Shown: piece by piece, positions 19,479 through 29,194 of the stretch | How positions within the stretch are numbered: the first letter of the stretch is position 1 | How the letters are laid out: every line of letters begins with the position of its first letter | From: a virus | Virus record (IMG/VR): IMGVR_UViG_3300037826_000038 | Coordinates: 4,766-68,765 of that record | Strand: one strand, 5' to 3' | DNA length: 64,000 nucleotides | Translations under genes and position numbers: made by a program | The notes under the pieces: generated by a model | Told to the model about the DNA's origin: nothing | The model's database searches: none | Seen by the model: the letters and a program-made list of their open reading frames with translations, nothing else

Positions 19479-20141
19479 TTAATGACTTTGTGCCGACAAC
19501 GCCTGTATGCGCATACTGACCCGATAATGGGCCAGGATCGCGCTCTGTTGGGGGCCGGGTAGGTCACAGAACTCAGACCACGCCATCTGCCCAAACCGCG
19601 CCGCTTCCCTTGCCTCAAACACCGATGAATAACTACATGGGAGCCGGGGAACTCTCAACCGCATCACCGGGACGTTGGCCCACGTTGCGTCATAGGTGTT
19701 TAACGCCTCCTGGACACCCCGTTCGGTGGTCGTGCTGTGGTACATCAGGTCGAGAAGCACCCGCTCGGCGTCCTGCTCATCTTGCAGGGCCACGAACCGT
19801 AGAAAACTACCCAAGGACCCATCGGTCACGTTGAGCCTGCATAGGTCCACGAAATCGGGGTGCTCCTGCCAGTCCTCCGGATCAATCACTTTGACCCCTA
19901 ACGCAATCACCCGTATCTGGTGATCGCGGATTTTGAGCAGCCACGCCCGATATTGCCGTTGGTAAGCAGGGTCTTCACGGTCCTCAACCTGCTCGGTCAT
20001 TCCCCCGAAAATGGGAACGTCACGCATCGGTGGATCGGGAGGCGGGTCGTGAGCCAGCAGGGAATCAAATACCCCGCGGTCAACCCGTCCCACCTCCACG
20101 CTCACGCCCGACGATAGCTTTATGATAGCAGACCGACCCAT
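19479..20141 (-). CDS. Putative tail assembly chaperone
   Basis: Position; EAREAARFGQMAWSEFCDLP C-terminus resembling gpT-like chaperones. Confidence 0.55.
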   Translation of the reverse strand: MGRSAIIKLSSGVSVEVGRVDRGVFDSLLAHDPPPDPPMRDVPIFGGMTEQVEDREDPAYQRQYRAWLLKIRDHQIRVIALGVKVIDPEDWQEHPDFVDLCRLNVTDGSLGSFLRFVALQDEQDAERVLLDLMYHSTTTERGVQEALNTYDATWANVPVMRLRVPRLPCSYSSVFEAREAARFGQMAWSEFCDLPGPQQSAILAHYRVSMRIQALSAQSH

Positions 20142-21115
20142 CCGTAGGTTGACCCGTCCCCGCCGACGACCATGGCAAGGTTGCTGTGGCAACACATCAT
20201 GTCCGCAGGCTCTTCGGGCAGGTCATCACAGGACTGCTCGATCTCAAACTGCCCGGAACCCCAACCGGCATTGCGGTAGATTTTGTGGGCGGCCGAGCTA
20301 CCATCCTTGACTGCCACATACAGGGTCCCGGCTGCATGGACGGTTCCGCAGTTGCACGCTGCCATAGCCACCCCAACCGGGGTCGTGACCAGTTGCGGAA
20401 GGTCTGCCATCTCGGTCCACGTGGTCCCCCCATCCGTCGAATACCACAGTTCGGCATCGTCGTTGAGGACCAGCACGTCATACTCGTTAGGAGCCACGAT
20501 ATCCACGAGGGCGTCACTGGCACTGGGTCCCGTCAGGGCGAACCACGAATACCCGCCGTTCTCCGACTTGATGAGGGCGTTGTTGGCTCCCAGGGCATAC
20601 ACCACTGAGGGATTCGTGCGGACAATCCACACCTTGGTTAGATTCTCCGTGGTCGCATCCCCGGCGTCAACTGTGGTCCAGGTATCCCCACCGTCATCGG
20701 ACAGGTAGACGTATCCATCCGCACCCACGGCGATCAGGAAGTCTTGATGAATGGCGTCAATGGCAGCTAGGGCGTGACTCGCCATATCGGTGTTACCCGA
20801 CAGGTAGGTAAAGTTCGTCCCGCCGTCAATGCTGCGCGCCAGGGGCAGACTCTCCGCACCGTTGACCACCATGATGAAGTCACCCCGACAAATGATGTCA
20901 TCCGGGCTTTCCGTGGTCCAGGTAGTCAGTTCGGTTTCCGTCCATTCCCCGGCTTCGCCCCCCTCGTCGTTCACGTACACATACGGGGACCCCGCCGCCA
21001 AGAGGGTGCTCACGATTGCGAATTTACACTTATAGCCGTCACCACACCGCCCGCAGTCCTCACCCTCACAGCGGTCTACGGCGACGATACTCACGTCTCG
21101 ACTGATGGTTGCCAT
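20120..21115 (-). CDS. BNR/Asp-box beta-propeller tail protein
   Basis: Repeated SxDGGxTW Asp boxes. Confidence 0.75.
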   Translation of the reverse strand: MATISRDVSIVAVDRCEGEDCGRCGDGYKCKFAIVSTLLAAGSPYVYVNDEGGEAGEWTETELTTWTTESPDDIICRGDFIMVVNGAESLPLARSIDGGTNFTYLSGNTDMASHALAAIDAIHQDFLIAVGADGYVYLSDDGGDTWTTVDAGDATTENLTKVWIVRTNPSVVYALGANNALIKSENGGYSWFALTGPSASDALVDIVAPNEYDVLVLNDDAELWYSTDGGTTWTEMADLPQLVTTPVGVAMAACNCGTVHAAGTLYVAVKDGSSAAHKIYRNAGWGSGQFEIEQSCDDLPEEPADMMCCHSNLAMVVGGDGSTYGWVGLLS

Positions 21116-21166
21116 TGTGTTGCCTCCCTAATTCGTTCAGGTGTGTTGCCGTACTTGCAACACTGA

Positions 21167-21667
21167 TTAGCTGGATGCGGTCCCGAAGGTCTGGGTGCTC
21201 AGTGCGATACGACGAATCACGCAGTCGTCTTGGGCGCTCCACGGCAATGAGACCACCGACTCTTCCTCGTCTTCCTCGTAGGTGGACCCGGAGAAGGTCT
21301 TGGACGTTGCGCGCCCGTAGGCGTGTCGTCTGATCTTGTCCCAGGCACTCCACGCTGGCATATCCCGACAGTGCGTGCGCCGGTCCACGTCAAAGAAGCA
21401 ACCCTTTTCCATCCGCTCGATCAGGTGCTTCATCTGCTGCTCTTTGGCGGTTAGGGTCGTGGACCCCAAACCGGGCGTGCCGCGCAGGACCCCCCCCACC
21501 TCCACCCCGCCGTTGACGCCCTGGCGCAGGGATGGGTTCAGATCCCCCAACTCCTTCTCACTCTCGTCAATCATCATACACTTCCCGCCCCACTTAAAGG
21601 ATTTGAAACCCCTGGCGCGCCGGGCATAGACCGTGTTCTGCTGGGTCATGATAATGTTATCAGCCAT
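21167..21667 (-). CDS. Putative tail tube protein (N-terminal part)
   Basis: Position between neck and chaperone genes; beta-rich; GGAGG RBS. Confidence 0.45.
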   Translation of the reverse strand: MADNIIMTQQNTVYARRARGFKSFKWGGKCMMIDESEKELGDLNPSLRQGVNGGVEVGGVLRGTPGLGSTTLTAKEQQMKHLIERMEKGCFFDVDRRTHCRDMPAWSAWDKIRRHAYGRATSKTFSGSTYEEDEEESVVSLPWSAQDDCVIRRIALSTQTFGTASS

Positions 21668-21685
21668 CTCGTTAGCCTCCTAAAC

Positions 21686-22201
21686 TTAGCCTAATTTTCT
21701 GATACCCCGCCGCCAAGCGTTTTCCATCGTGCGTGAAAACCATCGCTTTTCTTGCTTGCGAATGACCTCCGGCCAGTTGCGGGGTTCGGTGCCGGGATGC
21801 ATCACTGCAAAGGGAGACACCCACTGTCCCCCGGCAACCCTACCCGGTCCTCCGTACCACTTGCCCCCGGGACCGGTCTTGGGCATATATGTTCCGGCCT
21901 TGAACCTGAGCGTTGGGGCGTTCTTTGCCCGGATAGGGTGAGGGCGCGTACCCTCTACGTTCCACTGCCATAACTGCTTATGCGTAGCTGGGAACACATA
22001 CAGTCTGATCTCGTCTTGGGTGATGCGTTTCCTGGCCCGAAAGGTGGGTCTGTGGTCCCAGTTGCTCACAATCTTGTCAAACTCACTGATAAAGTGCGGT
22101 TTCACGTCATTGTCCAATGTACGCTCAAGCTCTTTGCGCGCCTTGTCTGCATTAACGAACACCCGCCGAGACCGTATGCCCCGCATCGCGACTTTTGGCA
22201 T
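21686..22201 (-). CDS. HK97 gp10-like neck/tail completion protein
   Basis: Basic protein, EGTRPHPI, HPGTEPR motifs. Confidence 0.7.
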   Translation of the reverse strand: MPKVAMRGIRSRRVFVNADKARKELERTLDNDVKPHFISEFDKIVSNWDHRPTFRARKRITQDEIRLYVFPATHKQLWQWNVEGTRPHPIRAKNAPTLRFKAGTYMPKTGPGGKWYGGPGRVAGGQWVSPFAVMHPGTEPRNWPEVIRKQEKRWFSRTMENAWRRGIRKLG

Positions 22202-22395
22202 TATACCCCTAATCCTTTATTAGCTTTCGTAGTTTGGCGAATCTCGGAGAACGTCATTGCCATATCTCAATACTCTCCCCGCTGGCTGACGTAGGATCCC
22301 TGCTCGGCCTCCGGAGGGGTGGGTAAGCAGGGTGGCAGCGGAGCGTCCTGGATCCCGTCCTCAAATGTCGGATTGGTTAATAGGTTAGTCATCAT
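22201..22395 (-). pseudogene. Two short gene remnants (MMTNLLTNPTFEDG.. 42 aa; MAMTFSEIRQ.. 20 aa)
   Basis: Each has an RBS and start codon; the first begins like the lysin (MQNLLTNPGFEGG) then stops at ~22267. Confidence 0.45.
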
Positions 22396-22433
22396 CAATC
22401 TCCTAATTGTATGTTATATTGCTACGAACTCAG

Positions 22434-23243
22434 CTACGGGCTGTTGGAAAACGCAAAACCATTTGGCTCCGGTGATATTCGCGTGACTTCGACCTCAAGA
22501 GGCGCACGAGGCTGCACCCACCTTGCTATCTCTGCCACCCTTTGAGGTGCCGCCATTGATGTGCCGGACATCACCCCGTAGACAGATGGAGTTCCTGAGT
22601 ATTCCTGCAAAAAAAAATTCCCCATAGGCGTTGTGCTTCTTACGGTGCCCAGCCTCCACGTATCCACGCATCCCCAGTTGCTATAGCTGGCACGGTAACC
22701 GTTTGTATCCAACGCACCAACACCAATCACGCCGGGAAAGCAAGCGGGGTAAAGCTTGCGGTATTCTCCGTTGTTGCCTACAGAAGCCACGATGATCACC
22801 CCGTGGTTTCTGGCATGGATTACAGCATCTTGTAGGTCGTTACTATCTGTAGAAGTAGTCATGCTCACATTGATGATAGATGCTCCCTCCGCCACGGCAT
22901 AACGGATACCCTGTGCTATATATCCGCTGTACGTGTTGCCGCCCCAATCTATCACCTTGACCGGCAAAATTTCGCATCCATCACACCCTGCCGCAATAAT
23001 ACCGGCAACGTGAGTGCCATGTCCGTATCGATCATGTGTATCGTCTACCCTGGGTACGAATGACCGGCCTGGCAAAACTCTTCCTGCAAGGTCGGGGTGT
23101 GTTGCATCTACCCCGGAGTCAAGCACTGCAACGATAATCCTTTGAGATGCTAACACTGGAGTCGGCAGTAGCGCCAGCAGTAATGTGAGCAGGAACGCCC
23201 AAGTCCTCCGCCTTCGACCTTTGTTGACTCTTCTATTCTTCAT
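22434..23243 (-). CDS. Secreted S8 subtilisin-like serine protease
   Basis: Signal peptide; VAVLDSG, HGTHVAG, GTSMAAP catalytic triad. Confidence 0.92.
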   Translation of the reverse strand: MKNRRVNKGRRRRTWAFLLTLLLALLPTPVLASQRIIVAVLDSGVDATHPDLAGRVLPGRSFVPRVDDTHDRYGHGTHVAGIIAAGCDGCEILPVKVIDWGGNTYSGYIAQGIRYAVAEGASIINVSMTTSTDSNDLQDAVIHARNHGVIIVASVGNNGEYRKLYPACFPGVIGVGALDTNGYRASYSNWGCVDTWRLGTVRSTTPMGNFFLQEYSGTPSVYGVMSGTSMAAPQRVAEIARWVQPRAPLEVEVTRISPEPNGFAFSNSP

Positions 23244-23382
23244 CGTTCGCTCTCAACCTCCTTTTTGAGTTGATTGTTTACAGTAAACCGCCCAACGCCC
23301 GGCCCTGCGGACCTCGTACGTCACGCGCATGCTTCAAAAGAGCTACCCTAGAGCTACCCTAACTGGCGATTCTCGGAGAGCG

Positions 23383-24003
23383 TCATAGCGCACTCCAGAG
23401 CGCAGGCGTGTTCGGTGGCTCCCAGCCGACCTGCGCCGTGTGCGCTTGTAAACATTCGTACTCCGTGCCGTTGTAGATCACCACATCGCCGATGTCGTAA
23501 CTCACGCCCGCCTGCCATTCGTCGATTGGCTCACTCACCACACTCCATAGACTCGGTACGTTCGGCGGTTGCCAGTCATCCTGTGTGACGTGCGGCTGGA
23601 TGCAGACGTACTCCACGCCCTCGTAGGTGCGGATCGTCCCGATGGTCACTGGCTCCCCAGCTATCCACCCAATCCCGTCCACGTCCGGTCGATGGACCAG
23701 AAAGTGCGACGGAATCAGGTCGTCTACCGGGTGCCCGGTGCGTTCGTGCGGCTGACGCACCAGTACAGCGCGGTCGCCGTCTGCATACAGATCACCCGCC
23801 TCAAGCCACGTACCCTGCGGGGGAAGTGGGGGCAGCGCATCGACCGGCACGCTGCCGAGAAAATCATTGTCGTCCTCGGATTCTACCACGACCAGGCTCG
23901 TTGCCAGGTAGTCCCCGTCCTGGAGTTCGGCAGTCGAGACCAGTTCACCGCCATACATCAATGCGTAGCGTTTGGAGCGTCCGCTAGTTTGCACGAGTGT
24001 CAT
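23383..24003 (-). CDS. Carbohydrate-binding protein (tandem CBM5/12, ChiC-type)
   Basis: W.AG..Y..GD.V.YNG.EYECLQAHT..W.PPN.PALW repeated. Confidence 0.85.
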   Translation of the reverse strand: MTLVQTSGRSKRYALMYGGELVSTAELQDGDYLATSLVVVESEDDNDFLGSVPVDALPPLPPQGTWLEAGDLYADGDRAVLVRQPHERTGHPVDDLIPSHFLVHRPDVDGIGWIAGEPVTIGTIRTYEGVEYVCIQPHVTQDDWQPPNVPSLWSVVSEPIDEWQAGVSYDIGDVVIYNGTEYECLQAHTAQVGWEPPNTPALWSAL

Positions 24004-24956
24004 GGTGCGCTACCCCCTGAATACGTAATGCTCCACGTGTTGAACCCCTCCGCTTCGGGATCGTTCACCACCTCGTACACGTACTCAAGCCCCGTCGTTG
24101 GCGGGTCGCCGTCCTGATACGTGCCAGACGGTGCGGCATTCGTACCGCCGATATTGAGTTCCGGCGTGCCGTCGGTGAAGTTGGCCCGCTCGGCGTACAT
24201 ATCGGCCAGCAGCGCATCCACCGCCGCCTCTGTCCAGCCGCAATCTTGGACGCGACAAACCGTTATTGCGGTCATTGTGCCGATTGTGCCTTGGCTTACG
24301 CCGGTGTCGTACAGGTACAGCTCCGTCAGCGATGTGAGCGTCGCAATGTCTGCGATGTCACCTGATACGCTGGTGTTGTACAGTTGCAGGACCGTCAGCG
24401 AGGTGAGTGTGCTGATGTCGGCAATGTCACCACTCACGCTGGTGTTGTACAGGTACAGGCGCGTCAGCGAAGTGAGTGTGCTGATGTCGGCAATGTCACC
24501 ACTCACGCTGGTGTTGTACAGGCGCAGGAACGTCAGCGAGGTGAGTGTGCTGATGTCGGCAATGTCACCACTCACGCTGGTGTTGTGCAGGTACAGGCGC
24601 GTCAGCGAGATGAGCGTCGCAATGTCTGCGATGTCACCCGATACGCCGGTGCTGCCCAGGCGCAGGCGCGTCAGCGAGGTGAGCGGGCTTAGCTCTCCCA
24701 GACCATTTCCGTCAACGTTCGCATCACCGTGCAGGTCTAGCTCCGTCACATGCCCGCCGGACACTGTGACGCCGGTCCAGTTGTCCACCACAGGATCAGT
24801 CGTCCAGCCGGTGTTGTCGGTCCAGTTGTCCCCGTCTGTCGCGTCGTAGAACGCGATCAGTGCGTCCGCCTCAACCTGTGGCACATCGGACGGGGTGAAG
24901 CCCCCGCTCATCAGCACCGGGACGGCAAGCCCGCGTCGCACTCTCAGCACGCCCAT
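24000..24956 (-). CDS. Leucine-rich repeat protein
   Basis: LRRNT-like cap (ALIAFYDATDGDNW..W.GVT) and 23-aa repeats SGDIADISTLTSLTxLxLxNTSV. Confidence 0.9.
   Translation of the reverse strand: MGVLRVRRGLAVPVLMSGGFTPSDVPQVEADALIAFYDATDGDNWTDNTGWTTDPVVDNWTGVTVSGGHVTELDLHGDANVDGNGLGELSPLTSLTRLRLGSTGVSGDIADIATLISLTRLYLHNTSVSGDIADISTLTSLTFLRLYNTSVSGDIADISTLTSLTRLYLYNTSVSGDIADISTLTSLTVLQLYNTSVSGDIADIATLTSLTELYLYDTGVSQGTIGTMTAITVCRVQDCGWTEAAVDALLADMYAERANFTDGTPELNIGGTNAAPSGTYQDGDPPTTGLEYVYEVVNDPEAEGFNTWSITYSGGSAP
24295..24690 (-). repeat. 69-bp tandem repeat (5-6 units) encoding LRRs
   Basis: Near-identical gtgagtgtgctgatgtcggcaatgtcaccactcacgctggtgttgt units. Confidence 0.9.
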
Positions 24957-25004
24957 CGCGTCACCTCTCCGAGAATCTCGCTTACTGGGTAGCCCGTCAT
25001 CAGA

Positions 25005-25628
25005 TTAGTCCTGCAGCACATGCAGAATCACCGTGATGTCATCCGTCGCGGCCAATGTGCCCCCAGTACGATCCACCAAAAACCCGTACAAACTCATCCC
25101 GCTGTCCGGGTCATACCTAAAATATTCTGAGACATAATTTGCGCTTGGCGTCCCCGCCGCACGCCACGCGCCGTCTGACGTGCTGATAATTCCTGCTAGA
25201 TCGTGTAGGTCAGCCTCTGTTGGTGCAAAGGGTGCATTGTCGGCGATGGCATCTGGCTGTGCGTTGAATAGCCAAAGTTCCATCTCTGAATCCTGCCCGG
25301 CGTCATCGACAATCGTAATACCGACGACCAATCCACCCGCACCTGCCTCACGTGCTGCGTTTTCAAACGTGAGCAGCCCCCCAACCACGTCACCAGCAGC
25401 ATACGCACCAGCGGTGACGGTTGGCGTAACAGGAATGGTTGCTCCTGACGTCTCCACCTGCAACACCTCAGAATCAGTTATATTAACCTGAAGGGACGAA
25501 CCTTCGGCCCGTAATTCCACCGGATCCCCAGCAGCGTCAACCCCGGTCAAGACGACCTGATTGCCAACCCTCTCCCTATTGCCATTATCCAGAACTCGCA
25601 CAAATTCAACCGGGTTCCCATGTGCCAT
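25005..25628 (-). CDS. Hypothetical virion-associated protein
   Basis: TAATG coupling to upstream gene; AYAAGDVVGG beta-rich phage family. Confidence 0.6.
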   Translation of the reverse strand: MAHGNPVEFVRVLDNGNRERVGNQVVLTGVDAAGDPVELRAEGSSLQVNITDSEVLQVETSGATIPVTPTVTAGAYAAGDVVGGLLTFENAAREAGAGGLVVGITIVDDAGQDSEMELWLFNAQPDAIADNAPFAPTEADLHDLAGIISTSDGAWRAAGTPSANYVSEYFRYDPDSGMSLYGFLVDRTGGTLAATDDITVILHVLQD

Positions 25629-26671
25629 TAGAGCACCCCCGCTCTGTATAATTTCATATTTGTTGCAAACTCGTAGGCCACCCACGCCCCTTCTTCAGGA
25701 CCGAAGGGACTTATCCCCCGGAGTGGCTTCCCAAACCCATCAACCTCTACCCTGCGGTCCCGTTTCCACATCTCCGAGGCTGCATCACACGCACAAGGCT
25801 CGTGAGGCATCTTGGCGTGAGCCAGCCGGACAATCGCGTTAAATGCCTGCCGCCCCCACGGTCTAAACGTACCATCGTCATTATACAGGTCCCGTCCGGC
25901 ATAATAGTTAAGCAACACCCGATCTCCACACAAACTCGAACACCCGAGTCCCAGGACTCCCACCATACTATTATGAACATAAACGCAAGCCGTGTCGCGG
26001 GTATCGGTGCAGTTCTCACCCCGGCAGTATTTGATTAACGTCGCCGGTTCGTCGTTTATGTTGTAGACCCGCGTCAGGTCTACCGTATCCGCAAAATAGG
26101 TATCGTCGTCATAGTCAAGCCCCTGTGAGGGGTTGTCCCTATACGCCGGTTTGACCAGCCTGCACCGGGGAATCTCAAGGGTGACGTTACCCCCGGACAG
26201 GGTGATGTTGCTGGGCATAATTTCAAGGTCCGTGTCGGTGTGGTAGACGTGGATTTCAGACACGTCCGTCACCGTGGTTGCAACCGGCCCGATCACAGCC
26301 GGGTCACTGGTATGATCGACGGCAGCCCCTGCGGCAATGGTAGCCGTGGTACGTACCCCTCCGGCAATCACATACCCATACTCCGTAGCCAGGGGGAGCC
26401 GATAGTCGTGTTGCTCGTCTGTTATCCATTGGCGCCCGAATTTGTAGTTGACGAACTGCTCTAGCTCGTACTGGGCCTCAGCCAAATAGTGCTGTACCCA
26501 GTCCCGTTCATCGCGGGTCCATATCTGGTTGCACCCTCCGGTGCGGGTGCATTCGTCGTAGTTGACGCCCCAGAACGCACACTCGCACGCCTGAACGTGA
26601 CGCGCATAGGCCGCCATAGATACCACGCTGCTCTCCGGGTATTGATCAGATTGTACGGGTACGATGGGCAT
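25628..26671 (-). CDS. Putative head-tail adaptor
   Basis: Position after capsid; LAEAQYELEQFVNY, LNYYAG, AIVRLAHA pattern. Confidence 0.6.
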   Translation of the reverse strand: MPIVPVQSDQYPESSVVSMAAYARHVQACECAFWGVNYDECTRTGGCNQIWTRDERDWVQHYLAEAQYELEQFVNYKFGRQWITDEQHDYRLPLATEYGYVIAGGVRTTATIAAGAAVDHTSDPAVIGPVATTVTDVSEIHVYHTDTDLEIMPSNITLSGGNVTLEIPRCRLVKPAYRDNPSQGLDYDDDTYFADTVDLTRVYNINDEPATLIKYCRGENCTDTRDTACVYVHNSMVGVLGLGCSSLCGDRVLLNYYAGRDLYNDDGTFRPWGRQAFNAIVRLAHAKMPHEPCACDAASEMWKRDRRVEVDGFGKPLRGISPFGPEEGAWVAYEFATNMKLYRAGVL

Positions 26672-26952
26672 TAGTGAATGACCTCACGATCAGGGTCGTG
26701 GTCCCTGGGACACAAGACGGCATCGAACCGGTCAACCAAATTCGTGATGACTGTGGTGTTGCCCTCAATAGCATTGGATAATTTCTCATTGGCTTTTGCC
26801 TGCTGCATGAACGCATCCAATACCTGCTTTTCGCGTTGCTTACTGACGTCGCGCTCCTCACGCCACGCCTTCCAAAACAACCACGCAGCAACCCCCACGG
26901 CCCCAACATTCGTTAAGGCTGTGATGACCTGAATTGCCTCATTCTCTCCCAC
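26671..26952 (-). CDS. Small holin-like membrane protein
   Basis: Single N-terminal TM helix followed by a coiled coil. Confidence 0.5.
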   Translation of the reverse strand: MGENEAIQVITALTNVGAVGVAAWLFWKAWREERDVSKQREKQVLDAFMQQAKANEKLSNAIEGNTTVITNLVDRFDAVLCPRDHDPDREVIH

Positions 26953-27286
26953 GGTTCCCCTCCATGAACTCCTGTAAAAGACACTGACCTCCAGCGATTG
27001 CCAACCACGCCAGAGGAACCGTAAGCCACTCCCCCCACAACGCCATACCCGCCGTCACGGCGGCGAACCACACCCCGCAGCAATACGGACATTCCGCACC
27101 CTGCGCCAAAGTGTTCCAGATTTTGTGAGCCGTTTGTTTCCTGCTTTTTATGGACCTAATGCTTTGATCGACCAACCAATGCCTGATCTTGCCAAACACA
27201 TTGAACGGACCGGCCTCAAACGCCAGGAGTTGAGCCAGCCTGTACGTCGCCAGGACCGCCAGCACTAGCCGAATCTCAATGTGCAT
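26939..27286 (-). CDS. DUF1360-family membrane protein
   Basis: LATYRLAQLL..GPF, CPYCCGVW. Confidence 0.8.
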   Translation of the reverse strand: MHIEIRLVLAVLATYRLAQLLAFEAGPFNVFGKIRHWLVDQSIRSIKSRKQTAHKIWNTLAQGAECPYCCGVWFAAVTAGMALWGEWLTVPLAWLAIAGGQCLLQEFMEGNRGRE

Positions 27287-29111
27287 CCACATATCCTTGC
27301 ACATCGCTCTTGAGTACCCGCCCGTCCACACCGGACCCTTGGCCCCCTAGCCACTCCATTAGGTCAATCAGCCCGATATTGTGCTCCTCAGTCAGAGCTT
27401 GCGCAGCACTGGTCAAGTCAATCTCCAAGTCTAAAGTCTCGTCAGTGTCTGGTTCGGATCGTTCGCGTAATGGCTCCGGGTCAACCACGTCCTCCGGTTC
27501 AGGTTCCACCCGCTCGGCCTCTGGTTCAACGGGCAGCGGATCCTCAACAAACTGCCCGGTCTCCAAGAGAAAATCAACGTCTTCCGGCTTGACACAGATA
27601 TGCAGATACCTTGCCGTCCTGCCGTACTTGTACCGGGTATAACTGGGACCGGCGATGGTCTGCTTGCCGATAGACGCCCCGGTGTATTTCATCCTGACCA
27701 TATCTCCCGGACACGGCGTTGTCTCCGAGGTCTGCGGGGCATTAGAGACGGTACGCGCCGACCGTGAGGCTCGGCGGTTACTGGTATTTCGCTGGCTACC
27801 ACAACATCCCATAGGTCTCTCTCCTAACTCGTAAACTCGCGGATACAATCGTTTTATCTTCTCAAGAAAATAGTGCCGGGGCTTAGGCTTTCGTTCTGTG
27901 CGTCCCTGCCCCTGCCTGCGGTAGATGTAGAGCGGTTTGTGGAAGTGGACCCCGCAGTAGCCGTACAGTCCCAAACCCACGTTAAACGCCCAGTCCTCAC
28001 GCCCATCGTCCATTAGGAGGCTGTACCCCCCCACGGCCTTCCACGCTGAACGGGGATACAGGATACCCTTGTGCATCTGGTTTTTGTAAAGCAGCCTCTC
28101 GAAGTCGTACTCCTGCATCCGGCGGGGAACCTGCTTGCCGTTGTCCAGCAACCACATTGTGTCGTCGTAGACAAAGGAGTGGGGATACTGTTCAGCCAGT
28201 TTCTGCATCTCCTCAATCCGGGTTGGAGCCATCATATCGTCGCCGTCCAGGACCGTGACGTACCGCCCGTAAGCGTGCTCGATCCCCGTATTAGCGGCGG
28301 CACTTGCCCCGGCGTTGTTGCGGTGCCAATAGAATCGAACGCCTTTCCAGGGGTCTACGTACTCACGAACGATCTCAGCGGTGCGGTCATGGGAAGCGTC
28401 GTCAACTACGATAATCTCAATCCCCTGAAAGGTCTGGTTCAGGACGCTCTCAATGCCTTGGGCAATATAGGCCTCGTGGTTATAGGCCGTGATAATGACA
28501 CTTACCAGTGGGGGCGTGCGAACCAGCCATTTCTTTTTGTCAGGTTCCTCGGTCAGTGCCGAACTGATACCGTCCCCATACGTGCCTTTCCGGGAATGGA
28601 CCACAACCTCGTCAACGTCCATCGGTTCGGCCCAGTAGCCGGCCCGGCACGCCCGTAATTGCCACTCGGACGTCGCGCCCCACAGCGGCCAATACTGCTC
28701 GTCAAAGCCCCCAATCTCATCAAGGGCGTCCCGGCTGACGTACATAAACGTCCCCTGTACGTACCCCTTCTCCCAAGCGGGGTGCCCCATCACCCCGTCC
28801 CCCGCCGTGGCAAATGACCTATTCGCTTGGTAAGGTACGATTAACTGCTCCCATCCCTCTTTTAGTCTCACGTCCTGGTTCAGTATAAGCACGTCGGTGT
28901 CACAGGCGTCAAAGCCCGCGTTGCACGCCCCGGAGAAATATCCCCGCCGATCTAAATTGATAAGGTCTACGTTCTCCCACTGCTTAATATACGGTGGGTC
29001 GCTCTCGTAATCGTTTACGACTATAACGTGATACGTTTCTGGGATACTGTTGAGTAGACTGGGTAGGGTGTCGTGTCCCCGCCAGAACGGGACGATCAAG
29101 GTCAAGTCCAT
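27276..29111 (-). CDS. Double GT2 glycosyltransferase fused to a Cys-rich/acidic region and a C-terminal E3-binding (PSBD)-like domain
   Basis: Two GT-A folds (LIVPF..VVND..LNQD; VSVIITAYN..VVDDAS..LDGDD..EDW); MGCCG; GSGVDGRVLKSDV. Confidence 0.85.
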   Translation of the reverse strand: MDLTLIVPFWRGHDTLPSLLNSIPETYHVIVVNDYESDPPYIKQWENVDLINLDRRGYFSGACNAGFDACDTDVLILNQDVRLKEGWEQLIVPYQANRSFATAGDGVMGHPAWEKGYVQGTFMYVSRDALDEIGGFDEQYWPLWGATSEWQLRACRAGYWAEPMDVDEVVVHSRKGTYGDGISSALTEEPDKKKWLVRTPPLVSVIITAYNHEAYIAQGIESVLNQTFQGIEIIVVDDASHDRTAEIVREYVDPWKGVRFYWHRNNAGASAAANTGIEHAYGRYVTVLDGDDMMAPTRIEEMQKLAEQYPHSFVYDDTMWLLDNGKQVPRRMQEYDFERLLYKNQMHKGILYPRSAWKAVGGYSLLMDDGREDWAFNVGLGLYGYCGVHFHKPLYIYRRQGQGRTERKPKPRHYFLEKIKRLYPRVYELGERPMGCCGSQRNTSNRRASRSARTVSNAPQTSETTPCPGDMVRMKYTGASIGKQTIAGPSYTRYKYGRTARYLHICVKPEDVDFLLETGQFVEDPLPVEPEAERVEPEPEDVVDPEPLRERSEPDTDETLDLEIDLTSAAQALTEEHNIGLIDLMEWLGGQGSGVDGRVLKSDVQGYVDAH

Positions 29112-29130
29112 GTACAGTCTCCTAGATAGA

Positions 29131-29164
29131 GAGGGAGGGGGAGGGTAGCGGCTCCCCCTCCCTC
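29131..29164 (-). terminator. GC-rich hairpin downstream of major capsid gene
   Basis: 13-bp inverted repeat GAGGGAGGGGGAG/CTCCCCCTCCCTC, weak U-tract. Confidence 0.6.
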
Positions 29165-29194
29165 GTGTAGGGAGTGATACGTGCCCAGTGTCGG

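Noticed and set aside
19029-20141. Programmed frameshift between tail chaperone genes
   Set aside because: The second gene has its own AGGAGG RBS and start codon; no clear slippery heptamer at the junction
22400-23310. Integron-like cassette around the subtilisin gene (GTTGGGC upstream on the minus strand)
   Set aside because: No convincing attC inverted repeat downstream and no integrase; a 7-mer match is expected by chance
23341-23361. 11-bp tandem duplication AGCTACCCTAG
   Set aside because: Only two units, no associated element; likely a local duplication
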